This document shows, one piece after another, positions 63,951-64,000 of a DNA stretch of 64,000 nt. This DNA is from Patescibacteria group bacterium. Its GTDB lineage: Bacteria > Patescibacteriota > JAQUNI01. Each line of letters starts with the position of its first letter. Positions within the stretch are counted from its first letter, which is position 1. The stretch spans positions 633,329 to 697,328 of the forward strand of contig JAQUNI010000001.1 in NCBI GenBank assembly GCA_028717685.1. Direction: 5' to 3'. Position numbers and translations under genes: made by a program. The notes under the pieces are model-generated. The model ran no database searches. It was not told where the DNA came from and worked only from the letters and a program-made list of their open reading frames with translations.

Positions 63951-64000
63951 GAGGAAAGATAAAGATATGAAGGGGAGTGAGAATATTGGTTTTTTGCCTG

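Noticed and set aside
1-64000. CRISPR arrays, rRNA genes, transposase or integrase genes
   Set aside because: No regularly spaced 25-40 nt direct repeats with unique spacers were seen. No rRNA-like conserved blocks were seen. No ORF has a DDE, tyrosine-recombinase or serine-recombinase signature. The GIY-YIG gene is the only nuclease-type mobile-element-associated gene noted.

Overview
This is a low-GC, AT-rich bacterial window with short genes, many membrane or secreted proteins, and no rRNA or CRISPR. Its gene content (rpoD with a K/R-rich N-tail, DNRLRE/Fn3 and PF09826-like beta-propeller surface proteins, a four-helix-bundle IVS-type protein, several Nudix and HD hydrolases) looks most like a Patescibacteria/CPR-type genome; that is inference from composition and gene content only.

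Recognisable core genes:
- pyruvate kinase
- DnaG primase
- sigma-70 RpoD
- MurJ
- rubrerythrin
- an SPFH protein
- a P-type ATPase
- GT2/GT-C glycosyltransferases with a polysaccharide deacetylase
- a Gfo/Idh/MocA oxidoreductase plus sugar-phosphate isomerase pair, which is GC-richer and probably horizontally acquired
- three Nudix proteins, two HD proteins and one MazG-like protein
- M23 and C39-like peptidases
- tRNA-Ser(GGA) and tRNA-Asn(GTT)

Several sequence-conserved short element families recur in intergenic DNA:
- Family A is an A/T-flanked palindrome (AAAAATGGCTTAnnTAAGCCATTTTTTGGTT) sitting immediately upstream of TTGACA-like promoters. It occurs at least four times and precedes accessory genes.
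- Family B is a GGGGTCAgGTCT...CTTGACC terminator family with five copies.
- Family C is a CCCCGTTAGAGA...TCTCTAACGGGG hairpin terminator family with three copies.
- CCTGCCTGC hairpins and short, very GC-rich structured islands also recur.

The most interesting region runs from tRNA-Asn to MurJ (about 19.9-31.4 kb):
- A four-helix-bundle (rRNA-IVS-type) gene sits between inverted repeats.
- A divergent dGTPase/SAMHD1-like HD protein is paired with a class-I SAM methyltransferase.
- There are large surface proteins.
- An uncharacterised two-gene operon (1210 aa plus 293 aa, with internal repeats and a roughly 330 nt leader) is driven from a family-A promoter.

Other notable elements are a roughly 155 nt multi-stem element with perfect 14 bp terminal inverted repeats just upstream of the beta-propeller gene (60182-60336), a structured leader between tandem Nudix genes, and a GIY-YIG (YhbQ-like) gene flanked by a duplicated tRNA-Ser 5' end.
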